The position numbers and the translations under genes were made by a program. The notes under the pieces were generated by a model. The model worked only from the letters and a program-made list of their open reading frames with translations. It had not been told where the DNA came from and searched no databases. From Chrysomallon squamiferum (Eukaryota; Animalia; Mollusca): DNA of 64,000 nt. The DNA lies in assembly GCA_012295275.1 (NCBI GenBank), contig CM022671.1, positions 13,950,001 to 14,014,000 on the forward strand. The letters are read 5' to 3'. Positions 50,185-64,000 of the stretch are shown here, piece after piece (position 1 is the stretch's first letter; every line of letters starts with the position of its first letter).

Positions 50185-53100
50185 TCAACCTGAGTATGGA
50201 TCATAGTTAATATCTGGTTCAGTTTTACCAACATCTACAAACAGAGCTGTGTGTTTTCTCTGATGCTTTTTTTCCCACATGGATATCACTTCTCTCACAA
50301 ACATTGGAAGGATACACAAAGCTGTAAGGAATAACTGCAAGACAATATTTAAAAAATGTTTGCTGAAAGGCTAACATAAAATTAACATTTTGTGCACTGA
50401 TCCTAACAAATATTCTTAGTATCTTTCAAATTTCCAGTTTTATGACAATTTATCATACATTAGATGATGCACAAAATTAATAAAAATGTATTAAACTACA
50501 CTCCACTGAATATAATATAATTTATTGGGTATTATGTTTGGACTTAAATGAATTGTTGTGTTTTCTAATATTTCCAAATCCCAAATATTCTTAAATTTGA
50601 CATTCTTTTTGCCTAAAAAATAAATTAAAAAAATAAATGATATATATAATGGACAACTACAACTTCATTTAAAAATTGAGTACAAAGTCTAATGTAATAT
50701 TTAAAATTATTTTTGTTATTATTGGATTTTTTTTATATGAATTAGGTAAACAACTTACAGCAACCATGAAGAGTATAAAAACTGCTTGCCATCCCAGTGT
50801 TTGCTGTATAACAGGGACAAGAATCTGAAATGTAACAAATAATTTCAGTTTACTTTGAAAAAGTTCTTCTTCCACAAAATAATTTCTGATCAGTTTATAA
50901 ACATATATCAATTATGCATACTAAATTTTTATTATTATTTTTTTTTATTCTTTTCATATTCATTTGTGTTTAAGGATACTAACACATTTTAATATTAACT
51001 CTTATTAGTAGTCTGACATGAAATGTTTTCCTATTTCTTTAATAAAAATTACAAGAGAAAAATGTTGCCATTGTATGAGGCTGTACATCAATAAGCAGAT
51101 ATGAACCGTTTATATTATTGTTTTGTGGAAGGACAGATTTTTAAAAAATTAAACAACTGTATTGCTTAAATGTCAGCAGGAGGCACGAATATTATATAAT
51201 TTCTACATTTTGTTCTTGGTTTCCATAAACTTTCACTCAGTTTAAATTAAACATTCAGGCCAAGTTTATATTAATGTTTACATAGAGATAGCATTACATC
51301 TCTGCTATATGAAAAACGTAATAATAATAAAAAAAGAAAAGGATAAAGAAAAAAAACAGAAAAAAACAACAACAAAATGCAGCTGATCTAATAATGTATG
51401 AATAAATTAATTATTACCTGTCCTATAGCTGCCCCAACACTTCCTGTTCCATCAATTATACCTGTAACAGTGGCCAGAGCTTCAGAATTGCCCCGGATTG
51501 GCCCCTTCTGTCCTGCAAAAGAGATAAAATTTTAAGTAAAAAAAGGAGTTGGTATGATAAGGACAAACATATCATATACATTTTTAGATACATCCTGTTT
51601 TTCAGATGTCAGCTGCTATTGGAAAGTAAATAAATGAGGCCATAAATGGAATACCCATATTCTTTAAAAAAAAATATCCCTGCAAAAGTAAAACCATTAG
51701 GTTCATAAATTCGTATGTTTTGTATAACAAACAATATTATTAAATAAATGATTTCATTACTAATTTTAGTTCAAAAAACAAATTTGTATTAAAATATTAT
51801 TTTTAGCAGATAATAAATAATAAAATTAACACTAAAAACTAAACACAATATTTGAAACGAATTAATTACAGTATTCATTACAGGAATTTTGGTTATGTCA
51901 CGACGTCAATTTTCTAACTTTTAACAGACGCTTATGATGTAAATCTACAAGTATAACCTTTTCCACCTTAATAAAACATTTGCTGACAGTGTAAAATTAT
52001 TGATAATAATGACTGACAAAGCAGATTAACAGCTGCAGTCTTGATCGCAACATTATGTAGTTACATCCCTTTGATTTAATTATGAGCGCATTTGTGTTCT
52101 GTCTTTATTTTCACACAGTAGTTATATTATCTTAACAATGCATTGCACAGACATATTTCTTATGCTTTGAAAATGATAAAAATGGCTAAAATCAAATAGC
52201 TAAAATCAAAATTTATAATACTTTTGATGAAAAACACAGAAAAGAGTTGTCATAATAAAAAACTTTAAAACTTTATATATTTTCAGCACTGACTTTGAAA
52301 GCCAAATTGCGAATTTACTTTTGTCAATTTATTGGGGGCTGCAAACAGTGTTATCATACCTACATCTTTGTAATAAAATAAATGGTAGTATTACACTGTA
52401 CAACCAGACTAAATTTAAACTGTTGCATATCTATGGTGCATATCTAAGAAATATAAATAATGGAAGTAAAATGATATCCATTTAAAAGTCTTACTAAATT
52501 TTAAGCATTTGTATCTGTAATTTTTTTTTTTTTTTAACTGTAATTTATTCTTAAGACCTCTGGATTAACTTAAAAAGATAAGCCCCCTACGCCAGTTAAA
52601 AGCTATTCAAGTTTATTATTAAATGCAATTCACAAAGACTAGCAAAGAAAGAAAAAATATAATAATAATATAGAAAAAGATCTAAGTTATTTTGTTTTAC
52701 AAACCTAGATCAGCAGCTATTGTAGCACTAACCAGGTTTGAAACGCCACCAGTGAAAAATCCAGTTACAGCAAGAAGAATAGAGTTGACAAGTAGGGTAC
52801 TAGGAGAATCTGGAAAACAAAAAAATATTTCAGATTATTCAAACAGAGTGGAAATTTTAAAGAACTGTCAAACATCTAACTTAGTTATTTTACTTTCAGG
52901 TGTAATCCATGATTTTTCTTTGCCACAAAAGGTTATTAATAATCATCTGACTGTTGTAAAATATATGTTAAATGTACCTGTTACTATTTTCTATAAGAAT
53001 TTATTCTCTCTCTTCTAAATTTCGATAGTTACTTGGCTTTTTTTTAATTATTTACTTTTATTTTATTTTCATATTAATCAAATATCCAAACAGTAGTTGT

Positions 53101-56100
53101 CAAACGATATATGGCTTCTTTTACATTAAATGTTGGCAAAATTTATTTCTTTGCATATAAAGCATCTGAAGTTTATCATATATGTTAAGCAAATGTAGTT
53201 GTCCCTGAGCTTTACATATCTCCAGTATTAATCACTGTATTAAACGTACGTGCAAAACCGAAGAGAGCAGGTATAGCCAGCACCAGCAGAGGGATAACAA
53301 CAATTGCTCTCTTTTGTAAACGATCCTAAAGAAAAATTTACATACTGTTAAATGTGTAAATTTAAATGATTTTAAAAACAAAAGGTTACATTAAATCATC
53401 TTTGATTACATTAAATAACTTGCGCAGTGCCATTAGATTTAGTTAAATATGGAAAAATGTAAGTGATTGAATTGTCTCAGTGAAGATTATACAAGAATAT
53501 TGTGTATAATGAGATTATAATAATACACTTTATATAAAAAATGTATATAGTTAACTACTTTTAAAACAATTTAATAGCTTTACAAAGATTATCAATATTT
53601 TCAATTGATACAAAATACCAATTTATAGCATTAATAGAAAGTTAAATTTTAAATTTATTGTATTACAGAAATATTCATACTTACTGATATAAACCCTGCT
53701 ATGGTACCACCTGCAATAGAGATATCATTTATGATATCAGAAAGATAAAAATATAAAAATATCATCATGCCTCATTAATATTATACTTAAATATTTTGAC
53801 CATCAAGTTACTGGTATATAATAAATATATTTACCATGTTGCCAAGATATTTTCAGCATCATCTATTAAATTTAAAACATATTAACAACAAAAATAATAA
53901 AATAAAATAATGCAATGTAAAACAGAATACTGCTCAAAATTAAAACTGAAGCTATATATGTATTTACTGATTTTACCACCCAATCTGCAATTTTTTATAA
54001 ATAATTTATTATTTTTATTTATTTATTATTATTATTTAGTTTACAATTACAGTTATCTTTCTTCAGAATTAAAACTATCTGAATAATTTAATCTTGTAAT
54101 TTTTAATCAGCTGACATTTAAAATATACTTATAAACCAGAATATTTATTACCTATAATTCCACCAACATCATACCAGACTGAAATTTCATCTGCTGTGGT
54201 TTCCAACCAATTGAATGAATTATGTAGATAGAAGGGTAACCAGAAGAAAAAAGAATAATTGACTAGTTTCAGGAAGGCATAGGACAATGCATACTGAAAA
54301 AAACATCAGATGAACAAAAAACTGTGAGAAGAAAACAACAAAGAAACATGAAAAGTTTAAAAGAAATAATTACTATTAAAAGGGAAAATTTTAAAATAAA
54401 TGAAGCTAACTGATAAATGAATTATGAATGAATGAAACAACTTTACTCTGTTTACATTAAAGATTGTTAAGGTGTCAATATTTAAAGAGTGAAAATCTGC
54501 TACCAATACAAAATTGATTTCAGCCATTTTATATGTATTATCCTACATACATAAAAGTATGTACACTGGTCTTTGTTAAATTATAAAGCATCAGTTTGAG
54601 TGAGATCTAGCACTGTGGTTTACCTTTAGGATGGATATCCAGTGACCTATCTTGATTGGCACTTTACTCCTAAGTTATATATCTAACATACAATGAGTGA
54701 TCCTTACATTTGTTGCATTTTTGTTTTTTCCATCTGGTGGTATTAACAAGGAAATGTTAATAATTTAATCTTCAGAAATCTCTTTATGTATGTTATGGTT
54801 AATGTAGAACATTATTTAAGTACATTACCAATATAACTCCAGGCAATAACAATGCTGTACAAAAACCAATGGCTTTTGGTCTCACATCCCCAGTGACTTC
54901 CACACCATCACCTTCACTGGTCACTCTGTGAGGTTTCAGAAGTGCTTCTGACATAACAAAGAATATATAATATATAGACACACAGGAAATAAATCTTCCA
55001 CATATAATCAAATCAGTCATGATGGAAAAATAAAACAAAAAAAACACAAACAAACTCAAACCTTAATTAAATCATATGTACATCGACAACAACAGAAAAA
55101 AGACCACCTAAACAAATAAAAACAAATGAACAAAGAAATGAAGTAAAACCAATGAGCTCAGACATTTCTCTGTACCTCTCTCTTCTGCACACTCTTCCTG
55201 AACAGACCATTCTTCAGGTGTCAGTAAGCCTATAAAGAAGACATCATCATTTAGAATAATAAATCTTTTTATGCCATGAATAGTGAGAAAGAAAAAGCAA
55301 CACTGTAAATAGATCTTGAAAATAACCATGAGAAATATTCTTAAACATTTCAAATGGATTTATGTTGGGGGTTTTTCACGCAAGATATGCCACCATGTAA
55401 AGTAGGTTTTTCAGTGTGTGTGTCACAGTATGTGTTTTGCATACATGTGTATGTGTCTATGTGCACGTGTGCATTGCATGTGCCTGCATTTGTGCATGCC
55501 TGTGTGTGTACTGGTTTTGTTTCTACTCTTATGCAATCAAAGAAAAAAAAATAAAATAAAATAAAACTACACAGAGTTGAATTGTCATTAAACAGTCACT
55601 GATTTATTTTTTGTTATGTATAAAGTACAAAAATAGCATAAATGGCCAGACTTACCAACTTCATGTGGTGTTGTGACTAGACCAAAAAAATTTATAATTC
55701 CACCAGCAAATAAAACTGATGCTGTGAACAGAAAGGCATACTGAAATAGAAAACAGTTCTCATTTAAAACTGATATACCTTTTTAATGGATAATGCTGCC
55801 ACCCATTTAAGGTTGTATTCCATTTAAACTGATTGAAAGGATTCTGCCTGTATATCCATATGATTTATTTTACATGCAGTAAGATGAAAAGGAAATATCA
55901 AATAACAGAATATAAAATAATATACTAACACTGAGTAAATAATCATGTGCATATACACCTGAAAAAGTTAAACAATTTGCATATTACATATTACATATTA
56001 GATGTGCACAATTCTGTTTTTCTGTGAATACAATGCCACACAAAAAGATCTGTCTAAAAGAACATTATATGTATGCACACATGGACACACACAAATACAT

Positions 56101-57149
56101 ATGCCACAAAATATTTTGTTGGTATTTTAATAATAATAATAAAAAATTGTCTTACATCATAGCCATAGTCAAGAACTGAGGCCACCATAAAAGCACCAAT
56201 AATATTTCCCACACTGGCACAGGCACTCCAGATCCCTAGTACCAGTCCACGACTAAAACAATGACAAAGTACTTTTAAAAGCTATATTTTACTATAAAGA
56301 AAAAGAAAACTGATGTTAAAATTAAATTGCTGATTTTTAATTAGCTACTTAATCTTTAACAGTAATTGTTTTTGATAATATCAATCAATCTAATTTATGT
56401 GAGCTGATGTTTTTTAACAATTAATATATATTTAACAGAAATATATTATTTTTAAAAGTACACTAATTTGCTTAATTTGTTTTACAAATACAATTAACCT
56501 TAATTTTGTCAGATATGTGAATTGATATATCAAGCAAAAAGCTAAAAGTTTTTAAACATTAAAAACAGTATGAACTTTATTAGAAGTGGAAAATTAGAAT
56601 TCCGACATCTAACAGTCATTTAATAAATGTAACCAAAGTAAAAAAATTGGTTTAAACTAAATTAGAAGGAATAAAAATTGGAAGCCTATTCATTCTAGCT
56701 TGTATAAATTTGAATGTGGATGTTTTCAAAAACATCACTACACAGTGTAGATATTTATTTTTGTGTTTACCTGGATTGTCCAAACCAGTTTGCCATTATA
56801 GCTACAACTGTTGGCCATCCAGTGGATTGCAGAAGTCCATTCATTATCCAGATAAACATGTAGAGATATATATTGTAGTAATGTAGCCATTCCACAGTGC
56901 AACCAAACATAAATACCTGCAAGAAAACAAAATTGTAAAAATCCATTTAAATAAATAAATAAACTAATTATTAGGAATTTTAAAACATAAAACATCTGTG
57001 TCTCTGTAATTATTATCCAAGGTGTCTTATTTATAGATCTCAAGCAATGTCTAGTAACATTTTCCTTTCCTTTTTTCTAGACTATTTTATAATGTATCAT
57101 TTATATATTTATTTTTTCATGCTCCATACATTCAATGAAATTCAAAATT

Positions 57150-57187
<38 letters not shown>

Positions 57188-58796
57188 AAAAGCTCATACT
57201 AAACATCATGAATTATTACTTTTTTAAATGGCAGTCTCATGTTTAACTTTATTACTAAAAATTACAATACAATTATTCAGAAGAATATAAAATCAGTTTA
57301 AATAAAATTTGTTTAAGCTATTAGCTCATAAATGTTCTGTTCTAAAGCAGTATAGTTTTACCATAACAGCTGATGAACACATTCCAAATGACAGAACATA
57401 TCGCATGTTTAACCTGAAAATAAATTTAACAAGTTTAAAGATAATCTCAACATTTCTATACAGATACAAAATAAATGAATTATTTAATGTTTAATGTCAC
57501 CTCTGCTCAAACTATATATATGTTAGATGTCATAAAGACAAAAAGATATGGATATGGTAGAAAGCAACAATGATTTACTAAAATGACCACTTTGTTTTTT
57601 CTTCTCTTTTACACACACACACACACACATACACACACACAGACAGAGATTTATTTATATACAAATTCAAGAGTTTCTCAAACATATGTGAAAAGTAACA
57701 AACCAACCTGTCTCCAACAAATCCACTAATATAAAGACCCTGTAAAATAAGACAATATCTGAAGCTTAGATGTAATCTTTGATAAATATCAAAATTTATT
57801 ACTGCTTTTTTGAGTTTCGTTCTATAATATTCAATGGAAATAATAAAATATGTTTTTACAAAGGAAATACAAATAGTTTGGAAATGTTTGTTGTTGTTTT
57901 GGGGGGTTTTTGAATAAAAAAAATAACATACACAACAAATTTTAGTATAATACAAATCAATTATTTCATACATACATTTCTCTAGTTTAAAGTATTGGAT
58001 ATCTTGCAAAATCTTATATTTTCTTTATCATAATAACTAAAATTTAAATCTGCAATGAGTTTTATTATTAATGTATAAACAGTAATATAAAACACTAAAA
58101 ATGAATTAAAAAATAAATGCCTTCCAAACTATGTAATAATCAAAATATTTAATGGCTACTGCATTTTCAGTTAAAAATTTGATTTATTACTTAATAATAA
58201 ATGGTGAAACTGTTTCAACCAACCACAGCATATGAAATCATAAATGCTGCATCAAGAGCACCAAGAAAGGGTTCAGCATCAGCTGCTTCATTAAACATAT
58301 GCCTTCTGTTCCAAATCTATAAAATAAGCTAAAGAAAGTAATATATATTTCTTTTTTATTGTGAAAGACATTTATAACCTCTAACACGTTAATATCACAA
58401 TAGACAGTATCACAAAATGATTTATTGAACAGAATTACTTATACAGTACTAGTTTTTTTTTATCTTTGGGTCAACAGTAGTTTATAAATTAAAATTCTGT
58501 TTTCAGTAATATAAAGCTTTAGATTGAATTCCAACTAGCTTCAACTGAAAAATATATTAATTTATTTAAAGATTAATTTATAAACATTAATGTAACAAAT
58601 AATTTCTACAAGTGAAAATTTTTTATGATCATATAACAGTAACATTCAATTTTAAGAAAAATTATTAAAAAGCCTATAAACGATGATTAAGCTGTATCTT
58701 TGAAACTTCTATAGATGGAAATAGTCCAAGAATGTAAACATATAGTCATGTACACAAAATATATAAAAAAAATGAAAAACATAAAATATGTATTAA

Positions 58797-58847
<51 letters not shown>

Positions 58848-60580
58848 TTAAAAAAAGAGTAAATAAATGAAATGAACCTGATCTGGTTTAATTTCTGTGA
58901 CTGTCTTATTGTGAAAAGAAGGTGACCATTCCTGTGAGATGGTTGATTTGACATTACTAAATGTTTTTCTTGTGGCATGGAAAAAAGCATAGCTGCAAAC
59001 AAAATAAGTAATAATCATTTTATATACACAGATTTTTGTTTTTTTTATATAGTGGATTAATAGATCACATTTACAACAATAACAAATAATAAAAAAGGGG
59101 TTTTTTTTTTTTTTCCATTTGACTTATATATTAAGCAAAAGAAAAAAAAAAAAGAAAAAATGTATGACTAAATAAATATATCAACCTAATTTGAACACAT
59201 ATTTGTAAATATCGTAAAATAAATTGATTGTTAAGGATTAATTATAAGAAAAAATTCAGCTATGTATTAAATGTTCATGTCCTGTTGAAGAAACCATGAA
59301 ACAAAGCAATACTGTAGTGTTCATGAAATTTGAACAGAAAATACATATGCACCAAACCAAATAACAAATTTAGCACCACACCAAATACTGACTGTAAAAT
59401 TGATTCACATTTATGTCAGATACAAGACAAGCGGTCACATATCACTGAAGAACTTCTACTGTAGGAGACAGTAAAACTCCATACAAAAAACACCTTGAAT
59501 GTTCATTCCCCAGAGTGCATTAAGGACATGTTGGAAGTGTACTGGTCAAGTAGGAAACTTTAAGTTTAGTAGCACCAAGAATAAGAACAAGTATGAATGA
59601 ATGGACAGATGTTTCAGTTATGCTGCACCAAATTTGTGGAACTCACTCCCAGGCAAGATCAGGGAGGCTGAAACAACCACTACATTCAAAACATTACTAA
59701 AGACCCATGTCTTTCAAATCCATACTGTTGATATAAAGTTATGTTTTATTTTTCCAGTTTTAAAATATTCAAGCCAGTCTATTCATTATTTAAAACAATT
59801 TTTAAATGTGACACATATATTTTTATCCACCATACATAATCGCCATTATGTTTACATTTTTTAAAATATGTTTATGTCCATGTCTTTATGTATTTTAGTT
59901 CATTAGTTTACACAGTAAAGCATCCATGAACATACTTAGCATAGAAGAGATGCCATATATGGCATAATCATACTAACAAAACTGCTATCAAAGCTTGAGG
60001 ACACAGAACCCCACCATGATGTGAAAGTATGAACCACTATATAAAATATTAAATTAAAAACGCTTGACAGAATAACCATAGATATTAATAATAATAATTA
60101 AATAATAATTAAAAATGAAAAAAAGTTCATTAAACAATGACTATGGCTGAATTTTCTTGTTGAATGAACAGGGAGCACTTAATATCGACTATAGTCTATA
60201 CATTGTGACTATCAATGAATCATGTGATGTGAAATGCAATTTCGTCTTCTAGTTCTACTCTTTGAAAAATTAGCATTGGTTAAGTAATTGTACAACTACA
60301 GGTTTACTGAATACCTTTTATTATTTAGAAATGCCAAATCTTCTAACAAACATAGATATTTAATTCATCAAGCATTGATATGTGGGTGGGTGTGGTAAAA
60401 TAAATTTCTTTCTGTAACTTCATAGTTACTAGTATTGCGTAGTACTAGTAGTGTTATACTTCGTCCATCGTTTTAAACTCTTTTTCAGCAGTTTAATTAA
60501 AATACTTACCTAATAAATGTTAGTATAAAGACAACAAAATGATAATGTGTATAACGTGGTTGCTTCTGCAGTGGTGGCAT
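50185..60580 (-). CDS. SLC37A3: sugar phosphate exchanger 3 (SLC37 family MFS transporter), ~507 aa, 17 coding exons
   Basis: Exons 60580-60510, 58992-58878, 58316-58224, 57739-57708, 57413-57362, 56916-56771, 56252-56156, 55740-55656, 55229-55176, 54947-54829, 54293-54152, 53710-53685, 53325-53250, 52809-52705, 51512-51418, 50824-50759 and 50334-50185 join in frame (1524 nt). Motifs: HATRKTFSNVK, GLYISGFVGDRLNMRYVLSFGM, NGLLQSTGWP, WSACASVGNIIG, KLVNYSFFFWLPFYL, WYDVGGIIGG, EALATVTGIIDGTGSVGAAIGQ. Confidence 0.95.
59400..59720 (+). mobile_element. L2/CR1-group LINE 3'-end relic in a SLC37A3 intron (antisense to the host gene)
   Basis: DRCFSYAAPNLWNSLPGKIREAETTTTFKTLLKTHVF matches the typical L2/CR1 ORF2 terminus (R.FS..AP.LWN.LP..IR......FK..LKTHLF). 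It is preceded by the decayed TLNVHSPECIKDMLEVY. Confidence 0.8.
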
Positions 60581-60745
60581 GGTAACTATCTCCACTAGCT
60601 GACCATATCTAAATATTAGAACAGAAATCAAAACATACAAAATTATTAAGTCTCTTACTTGGACGGAAGATAGACTGTTACTTTAGCTTTGCATTCATAT
60701 AATTTCAGCGTAACTGAAAACTATCGCCCTCCATGATTCACTTAC

Positions 60746-61139
60746 CCGATAATAACCCATCGTTGTATCATGCATTTATTAATTAACTTTGTGCGTAAGA
60801 TTATTCGGTATTGCAAACATAAAAAATTGGGTTAACAAAACACTGCACCATATTACGAAATGAATATTTAACGGGCCAGTACAAGGACAAAATATTATAT
60901 TCGCAAACGCATAATACATTCACATTGAGATTGATTTTAAAAGGGTATTTTGATTTTCATATGATAAATATACTTTTTTTTTTTTTTTTTTTGTATTTAC
61001 CAAAAACAATAATCAGAAATGGAAAAAAGAAAAAAAAGAACAAAGAAAAAAAGAGTATTAATTATATTATATTGAAACCCAATTATCTTTATGATGGTTA
61101 CAAGGTTAGAAGGAGGGATGTAAAAATACCAACAATTTG
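60746..61139. promoter_or_regulatory. candidate bidirectional promoter region between SLC37A3 and HAUS7, including the SLC37A3 non-coding first exon
   Basis: A minus-strand donor G|GTAAGT at 60746/60745 pairs with the acceptor at 60609, upstream of the SLC37A3 ATG. The HAUS7 ATG is at 61140. CpGs are retained over ~60.4-62.1 kb. Confidence 0.6.
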
Positions 61140-61626
61140 ATGGCGGCTAGTTCGAAGAATTTGCGCATTGCGAAGAGTTTTAAAGAACGTCTTGATGTTA
61201 GTTTTGTAAATTTTAAATAAATATTTAATAACATAACTATTATAGGAATATGTAATAAAAATATTTTTAATTAGAATCCAAGGTTATGGCTATGTCGTTT
61301 GATCATGCTGAAACTTGTTATTCCCGAAATAATTCGTGATAGTCGTACACGGTACAGTACACCAACTCCGTGACACTCGGAATTTCATTGTTATAGACCG
61401 GGATTTTCTTTTTCATTAATATTGTCAATCTTACTTACTACATTACTGACCATCACTATCGATCTTTCAAAAAATCTTCACATTATTATAAATACAGATT
61501 AAATTTAAAAAAAAAACAAATAATAAAAAATCGCGACCGTTAAGGCGTTAGATTTTTAAAATTATTTTTATTTTGTTTTGTTTTAGAAAACGAACCGTGT
61601 ATGATTAAAATGTTATGTTAATTTTT

Positions 61627-61677
<51 letters not shown>

Positions 61678-63981
61678 TTAAAAGATAGTACTCGTAAATA
61701 AAAGCAATATATATTTTTCTTCCGTTCATAATTCACACTTGGTAAAAGAATTACTTGCAGAATAAAGTCCATATTAACCTGAACTATTTTCATTTGAAGT
61801 TAAATGCATATTCACTGCTAAGCAGCAAAAAGATCTTTAAAGTGTAATGAACATATTGCAGCATTGATAATGCAGATAAAATCATACAACATACTCAACT
61901 CATCACAAAGTATACTGTTAAATTTAGTTTTATCGGGTTTTTTTTTTATAGCATCTCGGCTGTCCGTACACAGAAGGTGTTGACGAGTCATGGATTCTTG
62001 AACCACTGTTTAAACCAGGAGAACCAAGAATTAGACTTCTGCAATGGTTATTTGTCAAGTTAGTCGTGTTCAATTTGGCCTCTTTCTGTTCTTAAACCAT
62101 TATATAATATATACATTTTGAATGTCAGTATTATAATTTAATAGCCTAAATTGGCTTGATCAGTTTTATAAGATTTGTATGCACTAAAACAAATACATCT
62201 TATTTCATCTTCAAGAATTACTGAATTGATTGTAAAAGTTTAAATTTCACCATATTTATTTTGTAAATAGATAGGAATAAAAAATATTAGTTTTACATAG
62301 AGATGTGACTTAGTGACTATAAACATAGTGGTGTTAACACTGTAACAATCTGCATTTCCCCAGTGTTTAAATTTAAATAAAAATATGTTATTTTTCATTT
62401 TAAAATTATAATAAATGCCATTTATACAGGTTTGATGGTCAGTTAGATCAAGTTCTTGATCCTAATTATACACCAGTTGAATCCCAAAAGGATTCTAGAA
62501 TTCAGAGTAGGTATTTTTAAAAGTGTATTTTCTTATAAAATATTTGAAATATTAGATCAATTACAATTTACAGTCATCTGTAATTTTTTAAAGAGATTAT
62601 ATTAAAATTGATTTTTGCTTTTGAAAATAAAAGTATTGAGTGACATGTCATTTTTAGACAGATGATGCATGAAATCTGTGCTAGCGGTTCCAAATTTCGA
62701 ATAAATGCAAATGAAAAATATTTTATATCAATATATATATATATAAATTGGTTTGGGTTAAAGATGTTTGTGAAATGGGTTACTATAATATTGAAAAAAG
62801 GCAAAAAGTAACCATGTCATATATTAACACAGATTGTTTCCATTAACTTTCAGTTTTGAAACATTAAAAATAATATTTTATTTCCATCACATGACCTCTT
62901 GAGTTTTCAGATTCTTTTCATAAATGTAGATTTTGTAACATTTATCATTCTCTTTATAGGACTTTTGTTTGTCGCCAGTACTCTTGGTCTCTGTAAATAC
63001 AATGATGTTGATCTTATCAGAGTGAGTAACCAGATAGAAATTATTTAGTTAAAAATTCTGTGGTTCTTTTTCTTGTGAAATAAAAGATAAACTCAAGAAT
63101 TGTTTATAATGGTACAACACCACTGGCCTTTTTAATGCTTTCCTCAGGTGTTTTTTTCAAGGATTGAAACATATGCAGATGACCTCTAAGAAGTATTTTG
63201 CTTATTCATTTATATACACAAACTGTAATTTTCAAAGAATAACTTTATCCTGAACATATTTATAAGTATTTTTAATTAAAATACAACATTGATTTTGACA
63301 AAAATAAATGCATTCATGTTTTTCTTACATATGCATTTTAACATTTATGTGCAGGGAGCAACATCAGTTTCGAAACAAGTGGCTTTTATGGATCAACTGT
63401 TGGACATGGTGACCATTATGGATAATGCAGAAGAAAATCAAACACAATCCTTCAGTCCAGGGATTGTCACGTTAGCAAATATTTTCTCTTTCATAATTTA
63501 CAAAAATGAATACGTAATTTATTATCTGTTTATGCAATCTTTTTATACTTTCATTAGAAGGATATTAATTATTAAAATTATCAAACATTTAAGTTTATTT
63601 TGCTGAAAACATCTGAATCAAACATGCTGTATTTGTTTTTAGCTTATCAAATAAATTTTGATCTCTTCAACTATTTTTGAACCTTAGTTTTTTTTGTAAC
63701 TTATCCATGATCGATAAAATAAACATTGTTTATATATTATGTTTATTCTTCAGTTAACTTCATGATAATATTGCTTTTATTTTTTTAAATCTGTTGTTTA
63801 TAATTAACAGACAGAAAGCAAGTTTGAATGAACAGTTCACAAATGCATGTTTGTATGTGGATCAGTTGGCTGATCAGAATCAGATACATGCAATGTTCAA
63901 ATCTAAGTTTAGTCGCTTGCCTCCAGATTTACAAAAACAAGTTGAACTTGGTTGGACAAACAAAGGCTTCACAAAGGACAA
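61140..63981 (+). CDS. HAUS7: HAUS augmin-like complex subunit 7, 5' part; continues beyond the right edge
   Basis: Exons 61140-61196, 61952-62058, 62430-62506, 62960-63021, 63355-63470 and 63811-63981 join in frame: MAASSKNLRIAKSFKERLDHLGCPYTEG...PGEPRIRLLQWLF...RIQRLLFVASTLGLCKYNDVDLIRGATSVSKQVAFMDQLLDMV... This resembles HAUS7 as recalled (L.CP..EG, RL..L.W, LC...D..L.KG.....KQ..FMDQLLD). Confidence 0.85.
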
Positions 63982-64000
63982 GTATGTTACTATCATTTTT

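Noticed and set aside
52692-53018. 108-aa plus-strand ORF
   Set aside because: It is the antisense shadow of SLC37A3 exon 52809-52705 plus intron.

Overview
Very AT-rich, microsatellite-dense, intron-containing animal DNA. It is most consistent with an invertebrate such as a mollusc; the taxon is inferred, not shown. I reconstructed four spliced genes by hand from GT-AG boundaries and reading phase. (1) The 5' part of a Sema-PSI-IPT receptor on the minus strand, with MET/RON-like rather than plexin-like architecture; it runs off the left edge. (2) A 17-exon CNBD2-like cyclic-nucleotide-binding protein on the plus strand, with a decayed hAT/Buster transposon and a hAT MITE in its introns. (3) A complete SLC37A3-like sugar-phosphate exchanger on the minus strand with 17 coding exons. 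(4) The 5' part of HAUS7 on the plus strand, head-to-head with SLC37A3. Between the CNBD2-like gene and SLC37A3 lies a ~22 kb accessory block. It holds minus-strand relics of an L1/Tx1 LINE, a Gypsy LTR element and a second LINE, and a hairpin MITE. These are followed by a decayed ORF with HUH-endonuclease (rolling-circle Rep)-like motifs, whose 3' end runs directly into an ~11.6 kb young, hierarchical, palindrome-containing tandem array (~1.64 kb and ~0.88 kb units forming a ~2.52 kb higher-order repeat). The Rep-like relic plus array is the best candidate for an undescribed element, but the HUH call rests on motifs read by eye and needs a profile or structure search.
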